DNA of 64,000 nt from Macrostomum lignano (taxonomy: Eukaryota). The translations under genes were made by a program, and so were the position numbers. The DNA is taken from NCBI GenBank assembly GCA_002269645.1, contig NIVC01001971.1, positions 1-64,000 on the forward strand, in the 5' to 3' direction. Below are positions 24,674 through 37,215 of this stretch, piece by piece. How positions within the stretch are numbered: the first letter of the stretch is position 1; every line of letters begins with the position of its first letter. The notes under the pieces were generated by a model. That model was not told the origin of the DNA and ran no database searches. It saw only the letters and a list, made by a program, of their open reading frames with translations.

Positions 24674-24776
24674 GTAAGTACAAGAGTGCACAGTTGTAAT
24701 TCAAGTAAATGTCTATTTAAATACTCAGTTTGCTATCTTGCGGAGAGCTTGGGATGGGCAGAAAACTCCTGACTGG

Positions 24777-25378
24777 GTGTCTATGGCCAAGCCATCTAAC
24801 AAAGCGTGCACTAACTAGATGTCTATGGCCAAGCCATCCAACAAAGCGTGCACTAACTAGATGTCTATGGCCAAGCCATCTAACAAAGCGTGCACTAACT
24901 AGATGTCTATGGCCAAGCCATCTAACAAAGCGTGCACTAACTAGATGTCTATGGCCAAGCCATCTAACAAAGCGTGCACCAACTAAATGTCTATGGCTAA
25001 GCCATCCAACAAAGCGTGCACTAACTAGATGTCTATGGCCAAGCTATTCAATAAAGCGTGCACTAACTAGATGTCTATGGCCAAGCCATCCAACAAAGCG
25101 TGCACTAACTAGATGTCTATGGCCAAGCCATCCAACAAAGCGTGCACTAACTAGATGTCTATGGCCAAGCCATCTAACAAAGCGTGCACTAACTAGATGT
25201 CTATGGCCAAGCCATCTAACAAAGCGTGCACTAACTCGATGTCTATGGCCAAGCTATTCAACAAAGCGTGCACTTACTAGATGTCTATGGCCAAGCCATC
25301 TAACAAAGCGTGCACTAACTAGATGTCTATGGCCAAGCCATCTAACAAAGCGTGCACTTACTAGATGTCTATGGCCTA
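24777..25378. repeat. 42-bp minisatellite, ~14 copies
   Basis: Unit TGTCTATGGCCAAGCCATCTAACAAAGCGTGCACTAACTAGA, period 42 (24781/24823). Confidence 0.95.
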
Positions 25379-26264
25379 GATAATAGCCTAGATAATGTGT
25401 ATGGCCTAGAGAGCTGGTACTAGATAAATATATATATTATAAGCCATAGACATAGGTATATATAATATACCTTGTATATAATGATATTTTTATCATTATT
25501 GATTTGTACAGTTGCTACAGGATGCCAAAACTATGAAATAGTTATACGAAATTTCTCAGAGCGGTATTCATGAAAGATGGCGCACTTTTAGATTTCAAAT
25601 CCCAGTTGAATCAGTTCTCATCAGGGAGATTTTTCTCCTCTTGCTGCTACAAAATCGGGCAGTGGGATTCTTCTTGAAGCAGAAAATTGGGGAGAAGAAG
25701 CAAAGGATGGCCAGAGTGTAAAGTTAAGCTAGGCCGAAGAGCAACTTGAATAAAAATGGTAACTCCAGCTCTTACTGAACTTTCGATCCTCGATAAAATG
25801 CACTTCTGATGGAGTTTCTTATTTTTCTATACAAAAAATTCAACTTGCTTCACGATTATTACTTTTTTATCCAACGGCTGAGGAACTTGCTGTAACCTGG
25901 TAATTATTGGGGAAAACTCACTAATAATCACTATAATTATGGGGCAATGTTGCATTATATTAGACACAAGCGAAGAGGGTAAGTTCCTGTTTTCTAGTAA
26001 ATTCCACCGCCAAAAATCGGGGTTTGGGATAGCTATTCAAGAGAGAAGAGTTGAGTCAATTTAATCAGCCGGTTTCAGGATCAACTTGGGTAATTTAGGG
26101 TGCTCTCATGCATGGCACTGGGCACGCACTTCCTCCTGCGATGAGAGTGCATTGGAGTTTTTTTTGTCTCGATATATCTATTGGTAGAAAGTTTAATAGT
26201 TTTATTACAGTCAAATCAAGCAGAGGAGGTTGAAAACTCATGCATAAGTTTGTAGACTTATATA

Positions 26265-27107
26265 TGAGACTGGGAACTCATGTATGAGACTGGAAACTCG
26301 TTTATGAGACTGGAAACCAATGTATGAGACTGGAAACTCGTTTATGAGACTGGAAACTCATGTATGAGACTGAGAACTCATGTATAAGACTGAAAAACCA
26401 ATTATGAGACCGAGAACTCATGCATGAGACTGGAAACTCATTTATGAGACTGGGAACTCATTTATGAGACTGGGAACTCATATATGACACTGGGAACTCA
26501 TGTATGAGACTGAGAGCTCATGTACGAGACTGGGAACTCATGCATGAGACTGGAAACTCATGTATGAGACAGAGAACTCATATATGACTCTGGGAACTCA
26601 TCCATGAGACTGGAAACTCATGTATCAGACTGGGAACTCATGTATCAGACTGGGAACTCATATATGACACTGGGAACTCATGTATGAGACAGAGAACTCA
26701 TATATGACTCTGGGAACTCATCCATGAGACTGGAAACTCATGTATCAGACTGGGAACTCATGTATCAGACTGAGAACTCATATATGACACTGGGAACTCA
26801 TGTATGAGACAGAGAACTCATATATGACTCTGGGAACTCATCCATGAGACTGGAAACTCATGTATCAGACTGGGAACTCATGTATCAGACTGGGAACTCA
26901 TGTATCAGACTGGGAACTCATATATGACACTGGGAACTCATGTATGAGACAGAGAACTCACATATGACTCTGGGAACTCATCCATGAGACTGGAAACTCA
27001 TGTATCAGACTGGGAACTCATATATGACACTGGGAACTCATATATGACACTGGGAACTCATGTATGAGACTAAAAAACCAATTATGAGACCGAGAACTCA
27101 TGCATGA
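26265..27107. repeat. 20-bp minisatellite with 120-bp higher-order repeat
   Basis: Unit ATGAGACTGGGAACTCATGT; the stretches starting at 26581, 26701 and 26821 are identical for 60 nt. Confidence 0.93.
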
Positions 27108-27194
27108 CATTAGGATCGAGAACTCTTCTACAAGACTGAAAACTTATGTAGAAGGCTCGGTACTTATCCAAAAAAGCAATACATTTGCTTTTAG

Positions 27195-27430
27195 ATCACA
27201 GCAGACTGCCACTGCGCGGACTGCTGGCTGCCTGCCAGGGATGACGCGGCGGAGTTTGACATTGACAACGACGAATTGGATGACGGCAGCAATTCAGCCA
27301 GACCTTCGCGAGCTCATATGGCTTCATCTTCTCAATCGCTGGCCGCCAAGTCTGCCTACTGTGGGGCGAGCTGGCGGAAACAGCTGGACAGATCGCTTGA
27401 TAGGCAACTTGGCCTGGATTCCAGTGGCCT
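27195..27430 (+). CDS. unc-13: unc-13/Munc13, exon 6 (divergent linker)
   Basis: TTTTAG acceptor, GTGAGA donor. Open in phase 0 as ITADCHCADCWLPARDDAAEFDIDNDELDD...GLDSSG and ends in phase 2, matching the exon at 28705. No homology recognised; supported by phase and composition only. Confidence 0.65.
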
Positions 27431-27437
27431 GTGAGAT

Positions 27438-27815
<378 letters not shown>

Positions 27816-28258
27816 ACACGGATGGGTGGATTCATTTTTTTGCTTCTCCTTTATTCTTCCGTTGCTCCGCTGTTTCTTGGAATCGAAGTCAACCGCGATA
27901 AACTCCAAAGCGCGTTTACTGATACTACTAAAGTTCTATCCTATGGTAGTAAAGTAGGCGAACTATTCGTAAAATTTCAGACTCCACGAAGGCGGCTCAA
28001 TGCGGGAGCTTGTTTGGCCTGCACGGGCAAACGGTTTTCATTATGACTGGTAAGTTTGTTTAAACTGAAGCTCTTGGAAATTCACGGTTGAAAATTTTTG
28101 TTTATGGTTGCAAAAGTGGCACAGCAGCATTTAATTTAGTTCAAAAAGCATCAATTACTGGTAAGTCCATAGCGGCCCGCCGTGCTACTCGTACATTACC
28201 ATAGACAAAAGCTTCAGTACTTTGACAAACAAATCGAGGTAGAGGGGTAGAGGTTTTG

Positions 28259-28365
28259 CTCTATCTCTCTCTCTCTCCATCTCTCTCTCTCTCTCTCTTT
28301 TTCCATCTCTCTTTCTCTTTCTCTCTCTCTCTATCTCTCTCCATCCATCTCTCCCTCTCTCCATA

Positions 28366-28463
<98 letters not shown>

Positions 28464-28517
28464 CATCCATCTCTCCCTCTCTCCATATCTTTCTCTCTCT
28501 CTCTCTCTCTCTCTCTT

Positions 28518-28607
<90 letters not shown>

Positions 28608-28635
28608 CATCCATCTCTCCCTCTCTCCATCTCTT

Positions 28636-28697
<62 letters not shown>
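28259..28697. repeat. (CT)n microsatellite with CCAT-containing interruptions
   Basis: Long CT run ending 7 nt before the acceptor at 28703-28704. Confidence 0.95.
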
Positions 28698-28701
<4 letters not shown>

Positions 28702-28704
28702 CAG

Positions 28705-29952
28705 CCGCCACCGATTCCCCAGTCCAACAGGTCGATCGCCCAGCCCAGATCCGTGCGCCCTGTTTGGCTCGCCAGCCAGCAGCTGCGAGGAAGTCGACAC
28801 GCCGCCGCCTGTCGAGACCGCCGCCGCGGCCGCCGCGGCTGTGGCGCTCGCCGCTGCTTCCTCCGGCCGCTGCCGCTGCTGCCGCTGCGCCCCGTCGCCC
28901 GCCGGCCGGGCATCTGAAGCGGAACTCGAGCCGGCGGCTGTCGGACGAAGCGAATCGTTCTATGAGAACTGCGGCCCGAATCTGTCGCGAGAGTACATTG
29001 AGAAGCATTTCGGCTCCGCTGTAGGAGACTCTACTGAAGGGCCATCGCCCACTCCACCTATGCAGCGCCTGCAGCTCAACACTGGACAGCGCCAGCTGCT
29101 GATTGGGGGCCGCGTCTACGAACGGCTCAAGCCGTCGCCGCCGCCTTCACCGCCGCCTCCCGTGTCTCCGCCACGGATTTCTGCTTTGACACCTCCGACG
29201 CCGCCCATGATGCCGAGTTTGCTGTCACAGCCGCCTCCGTCGCAGCCACCTTCGTCCCAATCGTCTCCGTCAAAGTCAACTCAACTACATACGCCTCCGG
29301 CAAAGATGCTTCCGTTGGAGCTGCCTCAGTCACAGCTACCTCCGTCCCGATCACCTCCGCTGCCTTCGCCATCTGCGTCGCAGCCGCCATTCCTGCCTCC
29401 ATCGCCTCCATCGCAGCCGCCAACATCACAGCTGCCTCCGCCGCCTCTGTCGCCTCCGTCAAAGCCACCTCCGCTGCCTCCGCCGCCTCTGTCGCCTCCG
29501 TCAAAGCCACCTCCGCTGCCTCCGCCGCCTCTGTCGCCTCCGTCAAAGCCACCTCCGCTGCCTCCGCCGCCTCTGTCGCCTCCGTCAAAGCCACCTCCGC
29601 TGCCTCCGCCGCCTCTGTCGCCTCCGTCAAAGCCACCTCCGTCACAGTCGCCTCAAACACCGCCGCCTCTGCTGCTTCCGTCCGAGCCACCTCCGCCGCT
29701 GGTGCCCCTGATCGCGTCACCACCCCCGTCCGCACGATTGCCGCAACTACCGGCTACAACTCTGCCGCTCACCTTTGTCGCTGGTGGCGATTTTCGACGG
29801 GCCTGGTCGGCTGACACCGGCCAGCAGTATGGCGAGTGCCGCCGCAGAGTCGTCCGTCAGCATCGGTTCTGTTCGGTCGACTGCTGGGATGAGACGAGAA
29901 ATGCTGTCACTGCTCATCATCAGCTGACTGGCGGTTCCGGCAGCGATCCAGG
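28705..29952 (+). CDS. unc-13: unc-13/Munc13, exon 7: large proline-rich exon with internal 42-bp coding repeats
   Basis: CATCAG acceptor, in frame with ORF 28256-29956. The TGA ending that ORF lies within a GTGAGC donor at 29953. Phase 2 to 2. Encodes RHRFPSP..ESFYENCGP..(PPPPLSPPSKPPPL)x~5. Confidence 0.7.
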
Positions 29953-30386
29953 GTGAGCGGCAAGGCTTATTAGCGATTGCAGTTCTTAGAAAGCGTCTTA
30001 GGTCCGAATGCGGGGAGAAGTAACAAAACTGAGTCCCCCCGTGTTATTCCGCTGGCACACGCTCACACAGGGTGTGCAGCGTAGTTGCATAGGTGGGTCC
30101 TCATGGGCGTCAAGCCGGCAGCCTCCCGGAATCAAGACAGCAAAGTTCGTTGCCAGATCTGGCTATAGTGACTTCAAACTTTTCAATTTTTCGAACCCTT
30201 GATAGCCAAAATTATGCACTGGGCGCAATGATTTTTTCAACGGGCGCCAAAAGTTATATTTAGTATAGATATTTTACTGTTTAAATTTGTTCATTAATAT
30301 GGTTGCTTATTGCGATAGTCATGTCCAATATTACTATCTTCATGAAAGTAGTTAATGAGGGATTAAATCAGTCTTATTGTCCTGCT

Positions 30387-31101
30387 TCACCGAGCGCGAA
30401 ACTGTCCACCAAACTTGTTGACAATGCTTCGCAGCCGCTGGCACTCGGTCACCAGCTGCTCGTGCTGCTCAACCAGGCTATCGACGACCTGCTCCGCCAT
30501 CTTCTTGTCATTCAAATCGCCGATTCCTCGACCCTCGGACTGCAGCTCGTCATTGAAGGATCGCGTCAGCTGTTGGATTCGTTCGCCGATGACGCGAACC
30601 TCCGACTGCCAGGCGTCGTTGGCTTCGTTTGCGTCCAACAGTACGCAGGTGTACTCGAGCAGGTAGCTCGCCACGAGTACATCGGCAATGAGCTGCTCGG
30701 CGTTAGCAGCCGATCTGCCGACCGTAGTCAGCAGGCGGGCGGTGAGATGGGCCTGGCCCTCCAGCAGACGCGGCCCCTCATGCCGGGCTCGCCGTACCCG
30801 GATGGCGGTGCAGTAGATCAGCGATCTTTCGCTTGTTGGCGCCAGCAGGTCATCTTCGGCGAAAAATTTCTTTCGAATGAAAGTAACCCGACTCTCGCCG
30901 CAGACGTGATCTGAGTCGTAGTCGTCGCCGCAGTTCCAGCAGAACTCGTGACCGCAGGCGCAGCTCATATGGTTGCAACCGTCCGTCTTTTCCACAAGCG
31001 TCTGACAGCCTGGGCACCGTTTGCCTCGCACAGACATCACGGCGAAGAGCTCCCGAGAGCGCAGGTTGGCGTGGCCTTTTACTGCCATCTCGCTCAGGTA
31101 G
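30387..31101 (-). CDS. Ariadne-like RBR E3 ubiquitin ligase, exon 3 (RING2/Rcat plus helical Ariadne-like domain)
   Basis: Minus-strand TTTAG acceptor (31103-31102). Encodes KRCPGCQTLVEKTDGCNHMSCACGHEFCWNC with the catalytic GCNHM cysteine. Stop at 30389-30387. Confidence 0.88.
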
Positions 31102-31337
31102 CTAAATTTTTGGGTTTGGTAGGTGCGAACCTTTGATTGGCTCTGTAGTGCCAATTTTCATAAACAGTTGTGAAAAGTCCTATACTTAATTATGAGTCAA
31201 GTCGGACGGGAAACTTAGTTTCTTAGAAATCAGAAAAAGCCAAAGGAGCGAACCTAAAAAATTGAAAGCTTCTAGCTCGGTAGCGTATTTTTCATGCAAA
31301 ATCAGCCTCTAGTTTTCTAAGAAACAAGATAACTCAC

Positions 31338-33131
31338 CGTTCCGCAGTGGCGCAGTCAACTGGCCAATGGGGTTCTTTGCCGCACGCTAAACAGAAGCTG
31401 GTCCAGCAGCAGCACAGTGCGCTCTTGCCTCCGTTGTCAGCCGCAACGAGAAGGCGCCCGCACCGAGGCAGCGGGCAGAACCGCGACACGGGCAGACGGC
31501 GCTGCCAAGCCCGAAACGCCGCACCGGCCAGCGCTGGAAGCAGGCGATCAGGACAGAACCACAGCAGGACGGCACCGTCAAGCGGAGTGCGGCAGCCGCT
31601 GCTTGGACACTCAACGCTGGCAGCACCTGCGCTAAGAGCCGTAGTCACGTGTCTCACCCAGCAGGCGTTGCAGAATCGGTGCCGGCAGCCTCCCAGAGCG
31701 GTGGATCGCTTTGAAAACTTCGCAGCTGAGCTTGTCCGCATCAGATTGTTGCAAATGCCGCACTCGATCCCTGCGGAGTCGATGCTATCCTCGAGAGTGA
31801 CAGTAGCCGATGCGGAGAACATTGGCAGAGCTCTAATCGCGGCCACTCTCGCGTCTGTCTCGTTCCAGACTTCGGTGCGGCACCAGCCAACTGGGACCTG
31901 GCCGTACTGCGGCTGGTACACCACCAGACCTCTGGTGCTAGTCGGCCCGGGAGTCAGCAGACCGCGAAGGTACTCAAACGGATCCGACTTGTTGGCAAGC
32001 TTAGCAGCGGAAATTCGTCGATGCCTCATCGAGTCCGAGTTAGCTGCGGCCACAATGTGCCTCATCGACAGTTTAGTAAAGCCGTTCGCTTCGCTGATGA
32101 CCTCGAATGCAACTGACTCACAGAGGTTTTCCTGCAGAAGCACCGCAAACTTCCGCGGCTGCGAACTGCTCATACAGAGAGCATCAGTACCAGCGAAAAT
32201 CCACTCGAGTCGCTCCGGCAAGACCAGGTGCGACTTTACGTTTAAAATTGGACGTTTCTGCAAAAGAACAGAATCGATATGGCCTGATAGAGCACCCGGG
32301 GCTGTAACCTCTTCGGCGGCTTGGTCATCTTCAGCAACCAGAATCCAATCGTCTTGCTCAGTTGTCCCTTCGGGCTCTACCTCGAACGGCAAGAGAGGCT
32401 TTCCATTCACCGATGACTGCGACCCAGGCTTGACACGCATCGCATCGAACACGGTCGGAGCGGCTGATCGATCTGACGCGGTCAATTCATCAAACGACTC
32501 GTCCGCTTCGCTCTCGTCCGCAGAGTCCTCGTAATCGACGCTGTTGAAGTCGCAATAGTCGTCCTCAATTAGCGCTTGGCCTCGACAGTTCAAGCGTCGT
32601 CTCTGTCTTCCGCAAGCACGACTATGACAGCTGTCATCAATCAGCCGCGAGTGAGGGATCTTGTTCGCCGCTCCACCGGTCGGCTTTCGAATTTCAACGA
32701 GAACTTCCGTTCGTCTGTCACTGTCCAGGCGCAACGTTTCGGCGTCTTCGAGCTCCGATTTCGGCATTTCAAATGCTCGGAGCATCGATTCACGATTTAC
32801 TTGACCGCGATGGCCACCGAAACTGACGAGTGCTCGAGCTTGCCGAGCATGCTCAACCTGGCTGCTGAATGAAACCTTGCCACCTCGCAGCTTCGACTCG
32901 CTGTTGAGTCGACTTCGCAGCTCGTTAGCAGCCAGGCGCATGTAGTCGAAATTGGTTGCCAAGCGTCTGGTGGCGAGCTTGCCTCTGCCCTGCGGTCTCC
33001 ACTCGGTGTCAAGCAGGGCCAGGCTGTAGTTGCGCAGGCTTCTGTCTCCGCTGTTGCACTGATTGGCAATCTGGTCCTGCATGTCCCAGCGTGACTTCTT
33101 GTTGAGCGAGTAGGCCACTCTGAAGTCGTAG
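31338..33131 (-). CDS. Ariadne-like RBR E3 ubiquitin ligase, exon 2 (N-terminal extension, RING1, IBR)
   Basis: TTGCAG acceptor (33133-33132), GTGAGT donor at 31337. RING1 CGIC..CRHRFCNAC..CPSSGC; IBR CPLPRC..CCCWTSFCLAC..HWPVDC. Phase 2 to 2. Confidence 0.88.
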
Positions 33132-33260
33132 CTGCAATTGTAAATTGTTATTTTCTTTTTTGAAAAGCTTTCGAATGCATGAAGAATAATATAACTAACG
33201 ATAATAATTGATTACACCTGCCCCAATTGGGCCAGATTTACAACCGACAGCTCAGCCGCA

Positions 33261-33480
33261 GCTATTGCGCGGCGCATCTGAAGGCTGCGTACGGCTGTTC
33301 AGTCCAAGGACTGGGGGGGTCGCCACACACAGCCTCAATTACCCCAGCTAATGCCGGCACCCATTTTACAGCTGGGTTAACTGAAGCAATGCAGAGTTAA
33401 GTGTCTTGCTCATGGACGCGAATCGAACCCCGACCTTCAAGTCGTAAGTCCGACGCTCTAGCCACTGGGCTACAACCCCC
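33261..33480 (-). mobile_element. tRNA-derived SINE, copy 1 (internally deleted), in intron 1 of the nested RBR gene
   Basis: Minus strand begins GGGGTTGTAGCCCAGTGGCTAGAGCGTCGGAC (A box) and has GGTTCGATT (B box); body is homologous to the copy at 37732-37965. Confidence 0.8.
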
Positions 33481-33588
33481 TTTTAGAAACGACGACTTAA
33501 TTAGGACGGAAACTTCGTTTGTAAGAAAGCTTTATTGGAAAATAAACTACGGAGTTGGGGATTGACTTTTGATTTGTTCCACACTTAC

Positions 33589-33875
33589 TCATTGTCAGCC
33601 AAGCAAATCCGGTCCAATTCGCTATGGTTCGCATTGGGCTTTGAGATCAACCTTTTGGTCGGCTCTCTGCAGTACCGCTTGCTGTCGTACGGTGAAACTT
33701 CAAATGAGACTATACCGCAGTTTCTCATCTCCTTGTTAATCCTGTGCGTTCTTCGCATCGTGTTGCCGTTCTTGAATCTGACCGGGCCGTCTCCTTGGTT
33801 GAGGGGTTGTAAGGAGGCGCTGGCAGCTCTTGTACTAGCAGATTTTCTAGCTCTGCGACGCCTTGACAATCCCAT
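33589..33875 (-). CDS. Ariadne-like RBR E3 ubiquitin ligase, coding exon 1
   Basis: ATG at 33875 (MGLSRRRRARKSAS...NCGIVSFEVSPYDSKRYC), GTAAGT donor at 33588. Phase 2 matches the acceptor at 33131. Joined CDS is 287+1794+715 = 2796 nt, 931 aa with no frameshift. Confidence 0.72.
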
Positions 33876-34341
33876 GCCTCTTGCAGAAATAGTAGTTTTC
33901 TCCTTGCTGTTGCCTAATTCGCTGGTGTGTCCTTGGCTTGCTTGTCTTCTCAATCGGAGCAAATTGTGCCCGAGACGTCAACTGTTTTATAGTGTAGTTC
34001 CAAACGTTGCAATACGCATGACTCCTGTTCTATTTATAGACCACAGATGCCCAGTGCAACTGTTGGCTGGGGTGATCCTGCAATGTTCTAAAAATAGCTC
34101 ACCCTGTTTGTGTCTCCCAATCTAGCGCAAGAGCAATGACAGTATTTGGTAAAAAGTCCGTCACTGGTATTTCTATTACTGACAGTAGAAAAGTTGAGTT
34201 TTTCGTATTTTTAATTGGATTTACTCCTCATTTGTATCTTTTCTTGGGAGTACATACCGGTAGTAAAATTTAATGGTATCAAATATTAACAAAATTGGTT
34301 TTCCATAAATTATTTAAGCGAATTTGGCATCATTTTGACTG

Positions 34342-36200
34342 TATGGCTGGGACTGGCATGGCTGGGACTGGCACAGCTGGGACTGGCACAGCTGGGACTG
34401 GCACAGCTGGGACTGGCATGGCTGGGACTGGCATAGCTGGGACTGGCATCGCTGGGACTGGCATAGCTGGGACTGGCATAGCTGGGACTGGCATAGCTGG
34501 GACTGGCATCGCTGCGACTGGCATCACTGGGACTGGCATCACTGGGACTGGCATCGCTGCGACTGGCATCGCTGGGACTGGCATGGCTTGGACTGGCATG
34601 GCTGGGCATCGCTGGGACTGGCATGGCTGGGACTGGCACAGCTGAGACTGGCACAGCTGGGACTGGCACAGCTGGGACTGGCACAGCTGGGACTGGCACA
34701 GCTGGGACTGGCACAGCTGGGACTGGCATCGCATCCCTGAGACTGGCATCGCATCCCTGAGACTGGCATCGCATCCCTGAGACTGGCATCGCATCCCTGA
34801 GACTGGCATCGCATCCCTGAGACTGGCATCGCATCCCTGAGACTGGCATCGCATCCCTGAGACTGGCATCGCATCCCTGAGACTGGCATCGCATCCCTGA
34901 GACTGGCATCGCATCCCTGAGACTGGCATCGCATCCCTGAGACTGGCATCGCTGGGACTGGCATGGCTGGGACTGGCATCGCTGGGACTGGCATGGCTGG
35001 GACTGGCATCGCTGGGACTGGCATCACTGGGACTGGCATCGCATCCCTGAGACTGGCATCGCTGGGACTGGCATGGCTTGGACTGGCATGGCTGGGCATC
35101 GCTGGGACTGGCATGGCTGGGACTGGCACAGCTGGGACTGGCATGGCTGGGACTGGCATAGCTGGGACTGGCATAGCTGGGACTGGCATAGCTGGGACTG
35201 GCATAGCTGGGACTGGCATAGCTGGGACTGGCATCGCTGCGACTGGCATCACTGGGACTGGCATCACTGGGACTGGCATCGCTGCGACTGGCATCGCTGG
35301 GACTGGCATGGCTTGGACTGGCATGGCTGGGCATCGCTGGGACTGGCATGGCTGGGACTGGCACAGCTGAGACTGGCACAGCTGGGACTGGCACAGCTGG
35401 GACTGGCACAGCTGGGACTGGCACAGCTGGGACTGGCACAGCTGGGACTGGCACAGCTGGGACTGGCACAGCTGGGACTAGCACAGCTGGGACTGGCACA
35501 GCTGGGACTGGCACAGCTGGGACTGGCACAGCTGGGACTAGCACAGCTGGGACTGGCACAGCTGGGACTGGCACAGCTGGGACTGGCACAGCTGGGACTG
35601 GCATCGCATCCCTGAGACTGGCATCGCATCCCTGAGACTGGCATCGCATCCCTGAGACTGGCATCGCATCCCTGAGACTGGCATCGCATCCCTGAGACTG
35701 GCATCGCATCCCTGAGACTGGCATCGCATCCCTGAGACTGGCATCGCATCCCTGAGACTGGCATCGCATCCCTGAGACTGGCATCGCATCCCTGAGACTG
35801 GCATCGCATCCCTGAGACTGGCATCGCATCCCTGAGACTGGCATCGCATCCCTGAGACTGGCATCGCATCCCTGAGACTGGCATCGCATCCCTGAGACTG
35901 GCATCGCATCCCTGAGACTGGCATCGCTGGGACTGGCATGGCTGGGACTGGCATAGCTGGGATTGGCATAGCTGGGATTGGCATAGCTGGGACTGGCATA
36001 GCTGGGACTGGCATCACTGGGACTGGCATCACTGGGACTGGCATCGCTGGGACTGGCATCACTGGGACTGGCATCGCTGGGACTGGCATCACTGGGACTG
36101 GCATCGCTGGGACTGGCATCACTGGGACTGGCATCGCTGGGACTGGCATCACTGGGACTGGCATCGCATCCCTGAGACTGGCATCGCTGGGACTGGCACC
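34342..36200. repeat. composite satellite alternating 15-bp and 20-bp unit blocks
   Basis: 15-mer GCTGGGACTGGCA(TG/CA/TC/TA) and 20-mer GCATCCCTGAGACTGGCATC share the core GACTGGCA. 20-mer blocks lie at ~34725-34950 and ~35600-35925. Confidence 0.93.
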
Positions 36201-36234
36201 TGGCACGTTAGAAACCGCACCTGAACATCCGCAG

Positions 36235-36319
36235 AGCCGGTCAGAGCTTCGCCGAGTCGATCTGGTCGCGCCAGCGCTGGGCAGAGGCATTCAGTCTGGT
36301 GTGCAACCGCATCAATACC
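36235..36319 (+). CDS. unc-13: unc-13/Munc13, exon 8 carrying a calmodulin-binding-like motif
   Basis: CCGCAG acceptor, GTGAGT donor, phase 2 to 0. Encodes AGQSFAESIWSRQRWAEAFSLVCNRINT; WAEAFSLVCNRI has the W1-F5-V8 spacing of Munc13-1 WLRAFNKVRMQL. Confidence 0.78.
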
Positions 36320-36980
36320 GTGAGTCCAAATGCTTTCTGTTGAATGGTGCTGCAATGGATTACCGGCAGCTGTAACCCAGGCATACAAAACCCCAACTGG
36401 TGACTCTATAGCTCGGTTTGGAATCTGACCAACCTGAACAAACGCCATCTACTTTCAGCATCCCTAGCTCTCTCCATCATTAATCTATGGAGTAATTTGC
36501 TGAGCATATCAGCTCTTTCAGGCTCTCTAGAGAAGGAACTTCCTACCCAAGGGCCTCCGCAGTGGCCCAATCCCCATTGCGGAGTCTTTATCGGACTTTA
36601 GGGAGAGGAGAATTAGTGGGGAAGCGATTAGATTGGAAGCAAACAGTGGGGGGGGGGCTTAGGAAAGGAACGACTGACCGGCTTTCAAATTCTTCTGCTC
36701 AAGCGGACCTCCTTTTTTAACTTGCTGGCCCTAAATTCTTAGAGGAAAAAAGCAGCCTCGTACGAGCTCAGAGTTCATGCTCCACTCTCACTCTGTCCCT
36801 TCTCTCTCGCTCTCTTCAACGCCATCCCCGGGGGGGGGGAATTTCGGGGCATCAAGTTATCAAGCTGAAACGGCGGCAGCGCCACATTGTCGGAGTCGGA
36901 CCGGGGGACGTCAATTTCCCTTCAGTACTGGCTCCCCTGCCCTTGGGTCCAGTCAACTGATGGCACTTCATCTCGCTTGG

Positions 36981-36985
<5 letters not shown>

Positions 36986-37058
<73 letters not shown>

Positions 37059-37161
37059 AGACTGCCAGACAGACGGAGAGAAAGCAATTTGCTAGTTCAA
37101 ACTTGAAAGCCAGTCCAAGGAGTACCAGAGAGAGAAGGAGAGAGAGAGAGAGAGAGAGAGA

Positions 37162-37212
<51 letters not shown>
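36986..37212. repeat. (GA)n microsatellites, two runs
   Basis: GA runs at 36986-37056 and ~37135-37212. Confidence 0.92.

Positions 37213-37215
<3 letters not shown>

Noticed and set aside
28256-28704. (Ser-Leu)n N-terminus of the 566-aa ORF
   Set aside because: It is a translation of the intronic (CT)n tract; the exon starts at the acceptor at 28705.
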